This document shows positions 62,032 to 64,000 of a DNA stretch of 64,000 nucleotides, one piece after another. Where the stretch lies: IMG/VR virus record IMGVR_UViG_3300038318_000302. One strand, given 5' to 3'. The notes under the pieces were generated by a model. The model was not told the DNA's origin and made no database searches. It was given only the letters and a program-made list of their open reading frames with translations. The position numbers and the translations under genes are program-made. This stretch comes from an uncultured virus (IMG/VR IMGVR_UViG_3300038318_000302). Lineage: Duplodnaviria; Heunggongvirae; Uroviricota; Caudoviricetes. Position 1 is the first letter of the stretch. Every line of letters starts with the position of its first letter.

Positions 62032-62682
62032 TTAATAATTATCTTCAATATTACAAGTAGTATAGACACGATTCGATTGTATCAAATCATTACCGTACTT
62101 TTTAATTATCTTTTTCTTTTGCATTTCTATTATATAAGATGCATCTACGGGTTGATCTCCCGTTTTCTTAACATCATCCCTAATTTTCTTCTCTTGGGGA
62201 GTGCTAAAATAAACCCTGTTAATTAATGCTATTTTGAATCCTCTTAGATAAAGGGAAAAAACTGATCTTTCCTTTCCGGAAAGTCCTTCCAATAAATCTA
62301 CTCCGTGAATTATGAACTTATTTTTACTAACATTTATTTCAGAATCACAATCAACGCCATAATCCATATTAACAGCATCCATCTTAACCTTATAACTTTC
62401 ACGCTTAATATATTTAATAAAATCTCTTGCTTTGTTAGAAGCTGCAGCTTCTAGATAATATTGCAACGGAACGGGTTTAGATGCTTCTCCAGCCCGATAT
62501 TTAAGCCACCTTCTTCCATAAGATTTAATTGACTGAAAAATCTTCAATCTAAATTCTTGAAGAAGATCTTCATATTCGTATGAAATTTCTCCATAAGAAT
62601 AAATTTTACCAGCATACTTTTTTGCGATATATTCATATCGATCAAAAAGCTTTTCTGAAACAGTTTTATCTTTTTCGTTCAT
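62032..62682 (-). CDS. Phage sigma-70-like factor
   Basis: 'LFDRY......YA', 'YEDLLQE', 'YL.....NK.RD', 'LS.KER.VF.L'. Confidence 0.7.
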   Translation of the reverse strand: MNEKDKTVSEKLFDRYEYIAKKYAGKIYSYGEISYEYEDLLQEFRLKIFQSIKSYGRRWLKYRAGEASKPVPLQYYLEAAASNKARDFIKYIKRESYKVKMDAVNMDYGVDCDSEINVSKNKFIIHGVDLLEGLSGKERSVFSLYLRGFKIALINRVYFSTPQEKKIRDDVKKTGDQPVDASYIIEMQKKKIIKKYGNDLIQSNRVYTTCNIEDNY

Positions 62683-62797
62683 AACGATTACAATTAGTTT
62701 TACAATTACACTACGAAGTTACGTCTTTTTTCGCAATAAACAAAATTTTTTCCAATAAATCTTTAATTTTTCAATGATATTTAACTTTTATTTAATA
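62683..62797 (-). promoter_or_regulatory. Regulatory cassette, diverged copy 9
   Basis: TTTG (62741-62744), 19-nt spacer, TAACTTCG (62714-62721), same upstream blocks. Confidence 0.65.
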
Positions 62798-62799
62798 AT

Positions 62800-63222
62800 T
62801 TATAAGATTCTAAAGGCTTTATTCTTGTTAACAGAAATAATTTTATCAGAAGATTTTAAAGAAAGAGTACCATCTTCATTAACACCTTCCAAAGAATAAA
62901 CATCGCCATTATACGAAAAATCATTCCCCTTCGTATAATAATTTCTTTCATCTTCTTCTGTTAACTTAAAAAGAGGAGATCCAAAATTAAACAATTTTCC
63001 TCTATATTCTTCATATTTACTTTCGTCGTTCAATATACTTTTTAAAGTATTTCTCTTAGCAATTTCGTTTATCTTTTCAGATTTATATCTCATTACTCTT
63101 TTATAATATGCCTTATCCCTTGGATTAAAGTATATCTTACTTCTAAATTTTGCAATTATATATTCTTTCTGAATCTGTTCAAAATATTGCACTACAGAAA
63201 GATTTCTTTTTGAATTTGACAT
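62800..63222 (-). CDS. Hypothetical protein
   Basis: 140-aa ORF. Confidence 0.6.
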   Translation of the reverse strand: MSNSKRNLSVVQYFEQIQKEYIIAKFRSKIYFNPRDKAYYKRVMRYKSEKINEIAKRNTLKSILNDESKYEEYRGKLFNFGSPLFKLTEEDERNYYTKGNDFSYNGDVYSLEGVNEDGTLSLKSSDKIISVNKNKAFRIL

Positions 63223-63272
63223 AACTCATACTATTTACGATAATAATATATGATTTATCAATTTAAATTATT

Positions 63273-64000
63273 TTATCTCTTTATTTTTCCGATCACATCA
63301 AAAACAAAATTATCGATAGAAATAGGATTGCTAAACACCTTTTTAACTTCAATATTATTACAATCTCCTAAATCTTTCTCTAACATACACACGCATGCAA
63401 ATGTATTAAAATATTGTTTTAATCTTAAACCAAATTTTTTAATCTCCCTTAAAGCATCATAATCATAACTTACAATTATATTCCTAACTTGTTTAAGTAA
63501 TAATTTCTGTATCTGAATGTTAGATATTTTCTTGCCAAATGTACAAACACAACGAATTGAATTATCTAGATATAATTCTAAATATTTATCCACGTTTATT
63601 TTATCAAAAACTCCTTCAACTAATATTACAGTCTCTGTCTCTCCTTTTACTATATCGTCATATCCAAAGAGAAGAGACGCGAAATCTGTCCCTAAACTAT
63701 TATTATATCTCAATTTACCTTTTGGCACTATCTTAGAAGAATATCTCCCCAAAAATCCTCTTATCTTAAGATTGTCATATATCGGTATCAAAACATAATT
63801 TTCATACTTAGGAAGAATATCTGAATATCCTAACTTGTATTTATTACAATCACCTCTAGTTATATGTCTACTTCTAAGATATTCAGAATCTTTATATATT
63901 CTAAACCCAATAGGCATCTTTATTTCAGGAAGTTCCTCTACGTTAATAGAATTTTCAATCTTCTCTTCCAACTGCATTCTAATTGACTCTAGAACATCAG
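63273..64000 (-). CDS. DnaG-like primase (5' end outside the window)
   Basis: TOPRIM 'LVEGVFD', 'FGK', 'YDYDA', 'KDLGD'; frame is open to the window edge. Confidence 0.85.
   Translation of the reverse strand, partial: DVLESIRMQLEEKIENSINVEELPEIKMPIGFRIYKDSEYLRSRHITRGDCNKYKLGYSDILPKYENYVLIPIYDNLKIRGFLGRYSSKIVPKGKLRYNNSLGTDFASLLFGYDDIVKGETETVILVEGVFDKINVDKYLELYLDNSIRCVCTFGKKISNIQIQKLLLKQVRNIIVSYDYDALREIKKFGLRLKQYFNTFACVCMLEKDLGDCNNIEVKKVFSNPISIDNFVFDVIGKIKR

Noticed and set aside
1..64000. Stop-codon reassignment as seen in some gut Bacteroidota phages
   Set aside because: Conserved genes are full length in the standard code, and TAA, TAG and TGA all end credible ORFs

Overview
A 64-kb segment of a very AT-rich, large tailed dsDNA phage genome. 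Essentially all credible genes are on the minus strand and read in the standard genetic code. Repeated TTTG-N19-TAnnTTT promoters and A-rich leaders without Shine-Dalgarno sites point to a Bacteroidota host (inference). Left part: structural and packaging genes (portal, intein-containing large terminase) interleaved with a 5-hmdU DNA kinase-like gene, a TET-associated-type glycosyltransferase, a FEN/RNase H, a UvrD helicase, a DnaQ-like exonuclease and HU, followed by an RNA cluster (tmRNA, tRNA-Ile(UAU), an unusual tRNA-like RNA) and a structured non-coding locus. Middle (about 19-45 kb): many small accessory ORFs in blocks, each headed by a repeated terminator-plus-promoter cassette. Right: replication, recombination and nucleotide metabolism genes (second UvrD, two sigma-like proteins, RuvC-like, SbcCD, RecA, SSB, UvsY-like, DUF3310-like, HD hydrolase, DnaE split into two genes without an intact intein, thymidylate synthase-like, primase). 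Top leads are the split DnaE with intein-relic-like tails, a dispersed thymine hypermodification pathway, the tRNA-like RNA, and the nine-copy regulatory cassette. Protein calls come from motif recognition by eye, not database searches.
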